Origin: Felis catus
Lineage: Eukaryota
DNA: 64,000 nucleotides
Assembly: GCF_018350175.1 (NCBI RefSeq)
Contig: NC_058368.1
Location: forward strand, 194,186,001 to 194,250,000
Reading direction: 5' to 3'
Made by a program: the position numbers and the translations under genes. Under the pieces are notes generated by a model. The model was not told where the DNA came from and did no database searches. It saw only the letters and a list, made by a program, of their open reading frames with translations. Below are positions 37,973 through 51,500 of the stretch, piece after piece (within the stretch, counting starts at the first letter, position 1; each line of letters opens with the position of its first letter).

Positions 37973-39171
37973 CAAAAAAAAAAAAAAAAAGTCAGGTACT
38001 GTTATCAGTATTTACAATTACTATTTTTTAATTGAAAAAGCAAGTTTTAGGTCAATCCCTATAGTATCATCCAATTTCAATGAAATATGGTCATACATGA
38101 CAAAAGTATAATATGATAAATAACAAACTATTATTGGTCATCTAAGAGGTACAGCGAGGGCAGTGTTAGATATTACCCACTTTTCTTAACACATCAGTGT
38201 CCTCTCTCATTTTTTATAATGAACATGTATTTTTTTTGCCAATTAAAGTCTCCAAAATGATCTGCTGGCATCCATTTTTTATTTTTTAGAATTATAGGAC
38301 TCAGATTTATAGGTATTAATCCTCTACTGAAAATCTTTGCCTACAGGATGCAGAATGAAATCCAAATATATTACAGGTATACGAAAAACTCTTCCTCACC
38401 CAGTACACCCTTTATTTTTTTCATCTCTTTTACTGCCACTCCTACTCTCTTCAAATCTTCACCCATAATATTTCCCCTCACCTCATGGTGCAGGACATCC
38501 CTCCCCTGGAGCATTCTATCATTCTCCATGTCACAATGAAGTACCATTTCCTCTGCCATAGATGCCCTGGTCTTATCCAAGGCTGTGTAGTGTTCTATTT
38601 CTTACACTATGAGAAAATGGGACTTTTCTGCCAGTCTTTGTAGATCGCCTTCTGCTGCCTCTATTCCCAGTTACCTTACCTATTCTAATTCATGGCCGTA
38701 AATGACAGTTGCTTGAAATTCAATTCCATGCCTTTATAGACTCTAGTGCTATTCGCTTTGCTACTCCTAAGACCTTTCCCTCTTTCTTGTTTGGAATCCC
38801 ACATATTAAGCCTGTTATGAATCTTACTGCTGGTCATGTTAGATGGTCACCTGGATAAGTCTGAGACAGTTCATGCCTTCAAGGAAATTGTTTTCCAAAG
38901 GTTTTTCTAAATGTACATGTGATTTTGCTTATAAAATATCACCAAACCACATATAATCAATTACCAGTCTGGTTGCTGTAGGAAATAGTTTTTCTGGGCC
39001 ATTAGGAAAGAGAGAAGGAGATTAAGGAGTATGTTGGGCACGCGTGCACGTGTGTGCTATGATAGAAAAGACACTACTGTCCACTTAATCCAAGGTCTAT
39101 TTTGTCTATTTTCAAATTCTAATTTTCTTTTCCAAACAAAAAGATAATTTTCAAAACCCCATAGCCAAATA

Positions 39172-40615
39172 TTAATAAGTTCCAATTTATCATTATTTTC
39201 CTTAGTATTGTCCGGGTCTTCTCAAAGTCATGAAGACATTCTCACATAGATCATTTTCTAGAAAATTGGCTGCTTTATGTTTCATATTTAGGTCTCTGGC
39301 CAATCAAAAATTTATTTTTGTGTGTGATTTAATGAGCTTTATTTTTTAAGGCAATTGTACTGGCGCAATTTGCCAAAAGGACTTTTTCCCATTATACAGC
39401 AGTGGCACCTTTGCATAAATCAGGTATATGTATTTGTTTCAGGATTCCAAAGGCTCTTCTATTGGTCTGCTCATTTACCCTATATTGATAGCATTCTGTT
39501 TTACTTTCTGTTACTAGGTAATTAATTATTGATACCTGGCAGTTAAGCCTCCCTGTGTTCTTTCAAATCACATTGTCAGTTTCCATGAAAAAATGCCCAC
39601 TGTAATTTAAATTTACAGAGAAATATCTGTAAATTTTTGAGTCACTTAATTCATAAGTATTAAATACCTTTCCATACGTAGGTGTTTTTAAAATTCTCTC
39701 AGTAATGTTTTGTAATTTTCCAAGTAAGGATTTTGTGTACCTTTTATTAGATGCATTAGATATTCATTACATTTCATTAGATATCTAGTATTTTTAGGAT
39801 TCTAATTTAAATGGTTTCAAAAATTCATTTTCTAATTGTTGCTAGTAAATAAAAATGCAATTGGTTTCTACATTGGCCAAATTTGTTAGATTTATTTATT
39901 TTAATAGTTTATCTAAAGATATTTTTTAATTTACTTTCAAGTTTATATAAAGATTCATATACATAATTTACACACATAAGCATGCTATCTAAAAATACTG
40001 TCGGTTTCACTTCCTTTCCAAATCCTTATACTTGGTATTTCTTTTTCTTATCTAATTGCACTGGCTAGAAATTTTAGTACATGCTGCAAAGAAACCATAG
40101 TATCAGACATATATTTAAATATGAAACCAGGGACTCCTAGGTGGCTAGGTAGGTTAAGTGTCCAACTTTGGATCAGGTCATGATTTCACAGTTTGAGTTC
40201 AAGCCCAGAATTAGGCTCTCAGCACAGAGACTGCTTTGGATCTCCTGTTTCCACCTGTCTCTGCCCCTGCCCCACTCTCTCTCTCAAAAATAAATGCTAA
40301 AAATAATCTTAAAAGAAAAAAAACACAAAACCAAACTTGCATTCCTGGAATAAACTCATTTTGGTTATATGGACTTTTTTAAATCATCACTGGATTTGAT
40401 TTATTAATATTTTAAGAATACTATGTCTATGTCCATCAGAAAGATTGGCCTATAATTTTCATTTCTTAAAGTGTCTTTGCCAGATTCTGGTATGCCAACT
40501 ACATAAAACAAGCTGAGAAGTTTTTACTCACATATTATGAAAAAAGATTGCATAATATAAGCACTTTTTCCCGATTCTTTGTGTGGAATATTTTATTATA
40601 AACTGTCATTTTAAT
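39172..40615 (-). mobile_element. Old L1 ORF2 segment: the inverted 5' part of a twin-primed L1M element
   Basis: Minus-strand ORF2 (caaagtcatgaagacattctc...ctggaataaactcattttgg...gattggcctataattttc). Its left end corresponds to the consensus position where the plus-strand part starts at ~40620. Confidence 0.75.
40130..40320 (+). mobile_element. CanSINE (diverged)
   Basis: SINE body. TSD-like aaatatgaaacca / aaacacaaaacca. Confidence 0.9.
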
Positions 40616-40619
40616 TTTT

Positions 40620-40850
40620 AAAATTAAAACAATCTATCAAAAGATACAAGTAAGCAAATGAGGATGAAACCACAGAATGGAAGTATATCCCCCTGAAGGA
40701 CTCTGATCCAAAATATATACAGAATTCCTAGAAATAAATTAGGGGAAAAAGTACAATCTATTAAGAAAGTAGGCAAAAAGGCTTTAAGAGGGAATTCACA
40801 AAAGAGAATATTCATAAGGCCAATAGGTAGAAGAAAAGATGTTGGACACA
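40620..40850 (+). mobile_element. Old L1 ORF2 C-terminal segment (non-inverted part; probably continues at 43040-43330)
   Basis: aaattaaaac...ccacagaatgg...tccaaaatatatacagaattccta...ttcacaaaagagaatattcataaggccaata. Confidence 0.7.
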
Positions 40851-40854
40851 CAGT

Positions 40855-43036
40855 TTAAAAAGAAAGAAGTGACACTGTATTTCTTCAGAGATTAATGTGA
40901 TCCTATATATTTAAAAAAAGGATCCACAAAAAAACTAGAACAAAAAAACTAGTTTAACAAGCTCACAAGATACAAAACTTATATATAAAGCATATCCTAA
41001 TAATTACATCTGAAAATAAAATTTAAAAAAATAATTCTGTTCACAATAGACTCCAAAGGAATAAAATACTTAGGATTTAATTTAACATCAGTAAAAACTT
41101 GTATACTGAAAACTACAAGATGTTGCGAACCAAAGTTACAGAAGATCTAAGTAAATGGAAGAGGCATACCAAGTTCCTAGGTTGGAAGACTAAATATTGA
41201 TAAGACAGCAATTCTACCCAAAGTGATCTATAGGTTCAATGCAATTCCTACCAAAATCACAACAGGTTTTTTTTTTTTTTTTTTGGTAGAAATTAAAAAG
41301 TTGGCCCTAATAGCTATGGAAAGACAAAGGACCTATAAATCCCTCCCAAAAAATGTGAAAAAGAAGAACAAGTGAGAGGGCTAACTCTACCTAATTATAA
41401 AACTTGCCATGTTCATTGATCAAGACTGTGTAGTATCGGGGCGCCTGGGTGGCGCAGTCGGTTAAGCGTCCGACTTCAGCCAGGTCACGATCTCACGGTC
41501 CGTGAGTTCGAGCCCCGCGTCAGGCTCTGGGCTGATGGCTCAGAGCCTGGAGCCTGTTTCCGATTCTGTGTCTCCCTCTCTCTCTGCCCCTCGCCCGTTC
41601 ATGCTCTGTCTCTCTCTGTCTCAAAAATAAATAAACGTTGAAAAAAAAAAATTAAAAAAAAAAAGACTGTGTAGTATCACTATAAGGATAAACATGTAGA
41701 TCAAAAGAACAGAAAAAAAAAAGACAAGAAAAAAACCCTATAACTATGGTCTTACAAAGGCAGCTCAAAGTGAAAAAAAAAAAAACAGTCTTTTCAAAAA
41801 ATGGTGCCAGGACAATTGGATAGCCATACACAACGAATAGAGTCCTTTTATTTACATAATACACAAGACTTATCTAAATGTGAGAGCTGCAAACATAAGG
41901 CTTCTAAAAAAAAAAAGCACAGGAGAAATTTTTTGTGACCTTAGATAAGGCAGGTTACTTAAATAGGACACCAAAAGCATAGTCATAAAAAGAAACAAAA
42001 ACGTTGAATTGGACTTTATAGAAACTAATAGTTCACTTAATGATATATTTTGAAGAGCAAATAAAAATAAAAACTACCTGAGTAGGAAAATAGCCACAGA
42101 CTATTCAAAAGTTATACATCTAATAAATAACTTATATTCAGAATATATAATGATTCTTACAAATCATTAATAAGATGATTAAATTTTTTAAATGGGCAAA
42201 AGTTTAGAAATTTCACCAAAGAAAATACACAAGTGGCTAATAAGCACAAGAAAAGATGTTCCTGAGCATTAATCATTAGGGAAATGCAAATTAAGCTACA
42301 ATGAACTGCTCCATCCTTACTATTATGGCTATAATCAAAGAGATTGACAATACATTGAAATGTTGACAAGGATGTAAAGAAAGAAATTAAACTCTCACAT
42401 AGTGCTGCTGGGAATGTAAAGTGCTACAGCCAATGCTGCAAATAGATCGGAAGTTTCCTCTAATGTTAAAGACATCCTTAACACATGACCTAGTAATTCT
42501 ACTCCTAAATACCTTACCCTAGATAGCTGAAAATGTTAGTTTCTTACCCTAGATAGGTGAAAATGTAAGTTTCCACAAAGATTCAAGCAGGGGAGTTCTT
42601 GCAGTATTATTCATAATAGCCAAAAAAGTAAAATCCCAAATGCGCATCAACTGATGAATGGATAAAACAAAATCCACACAATGGAATATTATTCATCCAT
42701 TTTAAAAAACCCTACTTACTCATGTTAAATATGGATAAACCACAAAAACATTGTGCTAAGTGAGAGAAGCCAGACACAAGATACAGAGTATGATTACATT
42801 TTATAAAATTTTCAGAGTTGGGAAAACAATAGAGTCAGAGCACAGGCGAGTGACAAGTGTTGAGAGTGGAAATAGGGGTAGGCATTAGCTGAAAGCAAAC
42901 AGGGGGAATTTTTCAGGATGACAAATATGTTCTGATTCTGGATTATGGTGATACCTGCACAATTCTATAAATTCACTATAAACCGTTAAGTATACACTCA
43001 TACTGGTTAAATTTGTTATGTAAATTGTGTATCAAG
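40855..43036 (+). mobile_element. 5'-truncated L1M (MB/MC-like) from the RT domain to the poly(A) tail
   Basis: ORF2 motifs (gatctataggttcaatgcaattcctaccaaaatc; ttagggaaatgcaaatt), 3'UTR, and A tail at ~43026-43036. Confidence 0.8.
41438..41662 (+). mobile_element. Young CanSINE (SINEC_Fc type)
   Basis: Perfect 16-bp TSD aagactgtgtagtatc (41422-41437 / 41663-41678). CpGs retained. Confidence 0.97.
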
Positions 43037-43039
43037 GAA

Positions 43040-43330
43040 ATGGTTAAAAAAAAAAAGCCTCACCAAATGTTATACCAAATCATATCCACCAGTTCAAAAT
43101 AGGTAAAATTAATTTAAGATGTCAGAATTAGAATAGTGGTTTTCCTGGAGAAGGTAGTGTTCACTGGAAGCAACAGAAGGGAAGTTTCTGGGGCACTGAA
43201 AATGTCCCATTCTTTGATCTATTACATCGGTATATTCACTTGATAAAAATTATTTAAATTGCTCACTTAAAATATGTGAGCTGCCTGCTCTCTTAGTATA
43301 AGTTAATACTTCACAAAATAAACAAAAATA
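43040..43330 (+). mobile_element. L1ME-like 3'UTR fragment
   Basis: agttcaaaataggtaaaattaat...gaatagtggttttcctgg...gggaagtttctggggcactgaaaatgtcccattctttgatct. Confidence 0.65.
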
Positions 43331-43348
43331 AGAAACTGTGACCCAATT

Positions 43349-44444
43349 AAAAATTTTTTTCAATTTAAATCCAAGTTAGCTAACATATAGTATAATAATT
43401 ATTTCAGGAATAGAATTTAGTGATTCATCATTTACATATAACATCCAGTGCTCATCCCAACAAGTGCCCACCTTAATTCTCATCACCCATTTGGCCCATT
43501 GTCCCACCCAACACCTCTCCAGCAATCCTCAGTTTGTTTTCTGTATTTAAGAATCTCTTGTGATTTGTCTCCCTCTCTTTCTTAATTTTGCTTCCCTTCC
43601 TCTATGTTCATCTGTTGTGTTTCTTAAATTTTTTTTAATGTTTATTCATTTTTGAGAGACAGAGGGAGACAGAGCATGAGTGGGCAAGGGGCAGAGAGAG
43701 GGAGACACAGAATCTGAAGCAGGCTCCAGGCTCTGAGCTGTCAACACAGAGCCCAATGCGGGACTCGAACTCACAAACTGCCAGATCATGACCTGAGCCA
43801 AAGTCGGACGCTCAACCATCTGAGCCACCCAGGTGCCCCAAGTGTTTCTTAAATTCTACATATGAGTGAAAACATATATTTGTCTTTCTCTGACTTATTT
43901 CACTTAGCATAGTATACTCTAGTTCCATCTACGTAGTTGCAAATGGCAAGATTTCATTCTTTTTTTTATCACTGATTAATGTTCCATTGTGTGTACACAC
44001 ACACCACATCTTCTTTATCCATTCATCACTTGGTGGACATTTGGGCTCTTTCCATTATTTGGCTATAATCAATAGTGCTGCTATAAACATTGGGTGCATG
44101 TGCTCCTTCGAATCAGGATTTCTATATCCTTTGGATAAGTACCTAGTAGTGCAATTGCTGGGTCATAAAGTAGTTCTATTTTTAAACTTTTGAGGAACCT
44201 CCATACTCTTTTCCAGAGTAGCTGCACCAGTTTGCATTCCTCTCAGCAGTGCAAAAGTATTCCCCTTTCTCCACATCCTCACCAACATTTGTTGTTTCCT
44301 GAGTTAATGTTAGCCATTCTGACAGGTGTGAGGTGGTATCTCATTGTGGTTTTGATTTGTATTTCCCTGATGATGAGTAATAAGCATCTATTCATGTGTC
44401 TGTTAGCCATCTGGATGTCTTCTTTGGAAAAGTGTCTATTTGTG
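43349..44444 (-). mobile_element. 5'-truncated carnivore/felid L1 3' end (same 3'UTR type as 3910-7410), with a nested SINE
   Basis: aaatccaagttagctaacatatag...ccagtgctcatcccaacaagtgcc. TSD tgtgacccaatt (43337-43348) / tgtgacccattt (44445-44456). Confidence 0.92.
43631..43839 (-). mobile_element. CanSINE
   Basis: TSD gtgtttcttaaatt (43617-43630 / 43842-43855). Confidence 0.96.
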
Positions 44445-45679
44445 TGTGACCCATTTTAGAAGAGGAAATCCTGTTGGAGTCTGTTACTGGAATTTCCTCA
44501 AACTATGAACTTGATTTTATTTAGGGATCTTTATTTACAAGATTGATGACAACAACAGGTTAAAAACCAACAAACAAATCTGGCCCACTCATTCTCCAAA
44601 ACTTAGTGGGATTTTTCATGCACCAGAGAGATATAATCAATTCCAAGTATTTGGTTTCTAAGTAAAACCTAAGCTTCTCCTACGTTGTGAAGACATACGT
44701 TTTGTGTCTGTTAACAGTACCCATTCAGGTACCCTTTTCTTCTTTTAGACTACTATAAATTCATACCGGCATGTTTTTCACAATGATGTTTTAGAAATTC
44801 AAGTTCTATATAGCACTTTAAAATGCTCTTGTCGTCTATAACACCATGAAGTGAGCACAGGGTGAGTGGTAGTAGCAGCCATTGGGGATAATGAAAATGA
44901 TGCCAGATTATGATTTGCAATGATAGGTCCCAGTTAGGAGCTGGCTGTGGGCCTGACCATGTCACAGATTTTCCATCCTGCTGCACTGTCCCCCAAACTA
45001 GAAGTCATCAATCTACCTAAGTCATCAGAGTGTTGTGAAGGTCAGAGGAGATGAAGTTTTTCAAGATGCTTTCCCATGCATTTAGTGTCATTCAAGGCCG
45101 CTTCTTGGTATTATTAACAGCGGCAAATACACAAGTTAGAAAATTTAACTTGCTTTCAGTTGCATAGCTTTTAAAATTGAGGTTATAATGAGTTCCTTGA
45201 AAAGTGCCTTATCTGCAAATATTGTTTCTCCATTTGGTATAGGAATGGGTTCTCTAGTGATCTGCATACCAAACTTGAATTTTATATGATCCCAGTGGCA
45301 GTGTAGTTCTGCATAAGGAGATTAGATATAAATGTGAAAAGCCTAGCCCCACTTCACCCAAGATGGACAAGACACACCATGGCTTGTTGATAATAGCCTG
45401 TAGACTGAGTGGGTGGTTGAGGGCAGGGGATGGTAAGAGCATTTCTTTCTTATAGAGCTTGACTTGATACTTTGACATTAAGGAATTAGTGGTTTGTGAC
45501 CCACTCCCCTCTCAGAAGATTCTGATCTGCCCTCCTAGAGAGTATGTTCCTCACTAAGAACAACAATAATGATAATGATGAAAATGTCTAATATTTCTCA
45601 GATACTATAAGCCATACATTGTACTAAACATTGTACTTGCATTTACTCCTAATCAGTCTTCTACGCGGAAACTAAAGAG

Positions 45680-45990
45680 ATTGTAAGGTAGATCATGTCA
45701 TTCCAGTGCTTAAAATCTTTTCATAGATTGCCCTTGCATATCGACAAAAAACCTCCTACAGCTCACCCTGTCTTCAAAGCTCTTGTGTTGTCTGTCTCTG
45801 GCTGTGTGTCTGACTAGCATGTGCCACACTTCTGTAGCTCATTTGCTCATTCTGGCTCAAAGTTTTTGCCTTTGCTGTTTCTTTTTCCAGGAATGCCTTC
45901 ACTTAGGCATTAGGAGTGGGCTTCTTTTGTCCCCAGCTCAATGACATCTGTACAGAAAGGCCTTTCCTAACCATCCCCTCTGAAATAGAC
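45680..45990 (+). mobile_element. L2 fragment
   Basis: gatcatgtcattccagtgcttaaaatctttt...gcctttgctgtttctttttccaggaatgcc...agaaaggcctttcctaaccatcc. Confidence 0.7.
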
Positions 45991-46974
45991 TCAAAAGGAT
46001 TAACTTATATGCCCATGGACACATAGGGACAAAGCAACAATTTGCATCTAAGACCTTCCAAAGTAGGGGTTAAAAGCAAGTATCACTGAAAGAATCAGAG
46101 TAGAGGTTTTATCTTTATCCTAAGAAGACACTTTAAATGGAAAACTCTCAGATTTGAGTTGAAGCAAAAATGCTTCTTCACTCTGGGTTGGGTTTGTTTT
46201 TCCATTTAGTCCGAAAGAACTAAAATTAATATAATTAAATAAGGTCACATTTTAGAGTGACATAAAGGGGAAAAGTTATAAAGGAGATGAAAGTGAAGGA
46301 AAATTTAGATCTAATACCTCCCTTTAGGAGAGCTTCATTATTTCTCCTCATTAAAGTAATTGTTGGTTTAATGCCAGATCTCTCCATCAAACAGGTCCAA
46401 TGAGACATTGGAAACTGAATAAACATACTGTCTAATAACAAGTGATGAAGGCAAAAGGTGAAATTTCCACTTATAAATAGCTATTCCTTATTGAAATTTC
46501 CCAGGGGCAAGGGGTCACCCAGCAGAGATAATTGCTAATTAAGATTGGACAGTCCAGGCAAGAAGCCAGACCAGTACCCCAATGTTACAATGGGTCAGCC
46601 ATTTATTAGATTCCTGGCTCATGATTAAATGTCACAGAATGATTAACGGATTAATCCTCAGGCCTTTCTGGAAGAGACCCTAGTTCAGCATACCATGCCA
46701 CAGCTCAGTAATTCTACACTTCTCTTTGGCACAGAATCTTTTTTGGAAAATGTTCCATGACTCACTCTATTTTACTTTCTTCCTTGCAGCCTTGTTCAGC
46801 TTCTGTTTCATGTGGTAATGACTAATGATTGTGCTCCCTTCTTTGCTAAAGATATGGCTCTGTTAATTTAATATTTCCCTCTGTATCCTTACCTATCTAT
46901 AGGAACATTCAAGTGATAATGCCTTGGACCAAGAAAGCATAATGCAAGTTGTAAGTACTTACCTATAGACTAGT

Positions 46975-47560
46975 TGGGGAGGCAGTACAGTCCAAGTACA
47001 TGAGTTCACAGCCAAGCTCCACTATTTACCACCAATGTCACCTTGGTAAAAATACTTAACCTAACTTTCAGATCCCTTATTTATAAAAAGGAGGAAAATA
47101 GTATTGTTTATCTCAAAACGTTGTTGAAAATTAAATAACCTACATACAAAACAGTTGAACATACATTGAATCTTTAAAAAAATATTTCTAGAATGAGCCT
47201 AATAAGGAACTCATAGGAATATTAGATTACAAAGATTAGCCTATTTTCACATCTGGCTTCTCCCATGGGAATGCCTAGGACTATTCCTATTCTCCTAGTT
47301 TAGAAGCAGCAGATTCCACTAGCCTGAAATAGACTTAATCTGATAATAAACCCCATTATGATCTTGGAAAATGTTACTTTTTATCAAGTGATGGAGAATA
47401 ATAGCAACTACTAATTATTGAGATTTTTCTATGTGCCAGGCATTGTTCTGTGTACTTTATATATGTAAAATCATTTAATCCTCCTAAACCCAATGGAGTA
47501 AGTACTAAAGGGGTAGAGACAGTAGGCAAACTCAGGCCACTGCCATGTGACTCCAGAGTA
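46975..47560. mobile_element. Two MIR fragments (+ strand ~46975-47170; - strand ~47400-47560)
   Basis: ccactatttaccaccaatgtcaccttggtaaaaatacttaacc and ctatgtgccaggcattgttctgtgtactttatatatg. Confidence 0.65.
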
Positions 47561-47619
47561 ATACAACATGAGCCTTTCTTTGTACGCTCTAAATTCCATC
47601 TAGTTAATCCCTATGCTTG

Positions 47620-48325
47620 TACACTGAATGTCACCGTCTCCCATCTTTCCGAGGACATCAGGGTTTTATGCATTTCCTAGTACATCATCAAATTTCCCCC
47701 CCCATTGGATCTTTCCCATATTATAAATATGACATTATTTCTTCCATCTTAAGAAGCAAAAAAAGAACAGAAAAATTCGCTTTATCCTACTTTACTCTCC
47801 AGCTGCCTTCTCATTTCTCTGCTTTTCTTCACAACATAATTCCTAGAAGGATTTCTATGATACTCTTTCCAGAACCTCTCCTATTTTTTTTCTTGAACTC
47901 AGTCTAATTAGACTTTTATTTACACTTCTAACAAAACTTTTTTTTTTAAGATCACCATTGCTCTGTCATGTTGCTAAATTCAGTGTTCCATTCTTTTTCC
48001 TAATCTTACTTGACCTATCAGTAGCATTAGATATAAAATCAGGTCTGCCTTGATATACTTTCTTTACTTGGTTTCTAGGATATGACGTTGTCCTGATTTT
48101 GCTTCTTCCCCTTCCATATTAATCACCTATCCCATTTCTTTCTCTTCTCTCCAACCTCTAAATGTTGGAGCAAGCCATGTATAAATCCTTAGTTTTCTTT
48201 TCTTTATCTATATTCATTCTCTTGTCGATCTTATTTCTTTTTGGAATACCTATACCACCTCTATATTGATGACGATCAAATGTATATCCTCTGTCCAGAA
48301 CCCTCTAACAAGTGTAAACTTGTTT
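47620..48325 (+). mobile_element. L2 internal fragment
   Basis: aagatcaccattg...gttgctaaattcagtg...cttacttgacctatcagtagcatt...ctatattgatgacgatcaaatgtatatc (RT YADD-like). Confidence 0.8.
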
Positions 48326-48507
48326 AAATAAATGAAGGTATTAAAAGGTTGGCATGCTACCTTCTGACATTGTTTCTTCTTTTTCTAATGCTTGCAATCT
48401 TATGCACCCCACATTTATGGGATCAGAAGCAAGGCATATTTCTCATGCAATTTACCATATTATGCTAGAAATGCTCATATGTCAATTCTCTGTGGTTTTT
48501 AAGCTTA

Positions 48508-51500
48508 TATATAACAATTGTAAATATCTATACACTCAATATTGGAGAACGTAAATACATACACCAATAATAAAAGACATAAAGAAATTGACAGTAATAT
48601 AATAAGAGTAGGCAACTTTAAAACCTCACTTACAACAATGGATAGATGATTCAGGCAGAAAATCCATAAGGGAAGTGTCTTTGAATGATACGTTAGACCA
48701 GACAGATTTAACAGATATATATATACAGAATCTGTTCCATCCAAAACAACAGAATACACATTCTTTTCAAGGGCACATGGAACATCCTCCAGGATAGATC
48801 ACATGTTAGGTCACAAAACAAGTCTCAATAAATTTAAGAAGACTGAAATCATATCATGCATCTTTTCCAACCACACTGATATGAAACTAAATATCAATTA
48901 CAAGAAAAACACTGGGGAAAAAAAACATATGTGGAAGCTAAATAGTATGCCACTAAACAAACGATGGATCAATAAATAAATCCAAGAGAAAATATAAAAA
49001 AAATACATGAAGACAAATGAAAATACCATGGTCTAAACCTTTCAGATATAGCAAAAGCAGTTCTAAGTGGGGGAATTTGTACCAATACAGTCCCAACTCA
49101 AGAAACAAATCTAAAACAACCTATACATGTACCTAAAGAAAGTAGAAAATGAAAAAGCCCAAAATTAATAGAAGGGAGCAAATAATAAAGATCAGATAAA
49201 TAAATAAAAATAAATAAATAAAATAGAGACAAAAATACAAAAGAAAAGATCAATGAAAACAAGAGCTGGTTGTTTGAAAGGATAAAATTTATAAACCTTT
49301 AGCCAGATTCATCAAGAAAAAAAAGAGAGGATCTAAATAAATAAAATCAGAAATGAAAAAGGAAAAGTAAAACTGAAACCACAGAAATACAAAGATTATA
49401 GGATAATATTATGGACAATCCAGAAAACAAATGGATAAATTCCTAGAAACACAATCTTCCAAAACTGGAACAGGGAAGAAAAAATCTGGACTAATTACTA
49501 GTAATAAAATTAAATCAGCAACTAAATAACTCTAAACAAAATTTCAGGACCAGGTAGAGCCAAAGGTGAATTCCAAAAAAACACTTAAATAAGAGTTAAT
49601 ATATATTCTCCTCAAACTATTCTGAAAATAGAAGAGGAAGAAAATCTTCCAAATATGTTCTTAAAGCCAGCATTGCCCTGATACCCAAAACCAAAACACT
49701 ACAAAAAAATAAAATTACAGGCCAATATCTCTGACTAACATAAATGCAGAAATCATCAACAAGATGCTAGCAAACTCCATTTAACAATATATTAAAAGGA
49801 ACATTTGCCACAATCAAGTGGGATTTATTCCGGGGATGCAAGTTTAGTTCAATACTTACGAGTCAATCAAATCATACACCATAATGAAGGATTAAAAAAA
49901 ATCATATAATCATCTCAACAGATGCCAAAAAAGCATTTGACAAAATCCACATCTACTCCTGCTAACTCTCAAGAAAGTGGGTTTAGAGGAAATAAACCTC
50001 AACATAATAAAGCCCACATATGACAAACCCACAGCTAACATCATACTCAGTGATGAAAAATGAGTGATTTTCCTCTAAGATCAGGAACAAGACAAATCTA
50101 TTCACTCTTGCCACTTCTGTCAACATAGTACTGGAAGTCCTAATCACAGCTATCAGACAAGAAAAGGAAATAAAAGGCATCTCAATTAAAAAGAAATAAA
50201 ACCATCATTATTCATAGATGACATGATACTATATACAGAAAGCCCTTAAGATTCTACAAAAAACATATTAGAAGTAATAAGTGAATAAAGTTGTACGACT
50301 CAAACTAATATACGGAAATCTGTTGTGTTTCTATACATTAATAATAAAGTAGAAGAGAAATTAGGAAAACAATTCCATTTATAATTGCACCAAAAAGAAT
50401 AAGATACCTAGGAATAAACCAATTAGGTGAAAATCTATACTCTGAAAACTATAAAATATTGATGGCAGACATTTCAGATGACACAAATGAAAAGATATAC
50501 CATGCTCATAGATTGGAAGAATTAATCTTGTTAAAATGTCCATACTACCCAAAGCAATCTACAGACTCAATGCAATCCCTATCAAAATACCAATGGTATT
50601 TTTCATAGAACTAGAACAAATAATCCTAAAATTTGTAGAGAAAAAAGACACTGAACAGCCAAAGCAGTCTTGAGAAAAACAAAGCTGGAGGTATCACAAT
50701 CCTAAATTTCATGATATGCTACAAAGCTATAATAATTAAAACAGTATGGTACTGGTACAAAAAACAGATACCTAGATCAACAGAACAAAACAGCTGAAAA
50801 GTTATGCTTATATGATCATTTAATATACTATAAAAAAAAGCAAGAATATACAATTGGGAAAAGATGGTCTCTTCAATAACTAGGCAGCTACATGAAAACA
50901 CTGAAACTGCACCTTTTATATCATATGGAAAAATTAACTTAAAATGGATGAAAGACCTAAATGTGACACTTGAAACCATACAACTCCTAGAGTAAAACAT
51001 AGGGAGTAATCTCTTTGACATCATCTATAGAAACATTTTTCTAGATATTTCTCCAGAGGCAAGGGAAACAAACAAAAATAAACTACTGGAACTATAACCA
51101 TAATAAAAAGCTTTTGCACAACAAAGGAAACCATTAAGAAAATGAAAAGGCTGAATGGGTGAAGAAGGGAGAAGATATTTGCAAAGGACATATTCAATAA
51201 GGGATTAATATCTAAAATATATAAAGAACTTATATGACTATACACCCCAAAAATTCAATTGAAAAAGTGGGAAGAGGATATAAATAGATATTTTTTTCCA
51301 AAGAAAAATTCAGATGGCCAACAGACATATGAAAAGATGTTTAACATCACTAATCATCAAGGAAATGCAGAGAAATGCAAATCAAACCTACAAGGAGATA
51401 TTACTTTATACCTCTCAGAATGACTAGAATAAAAACAAGGTAAAAAATAATAAATGTTGGTGAGGATGTGGAGAAAAAATATCACTCATGCACTGTTGGT

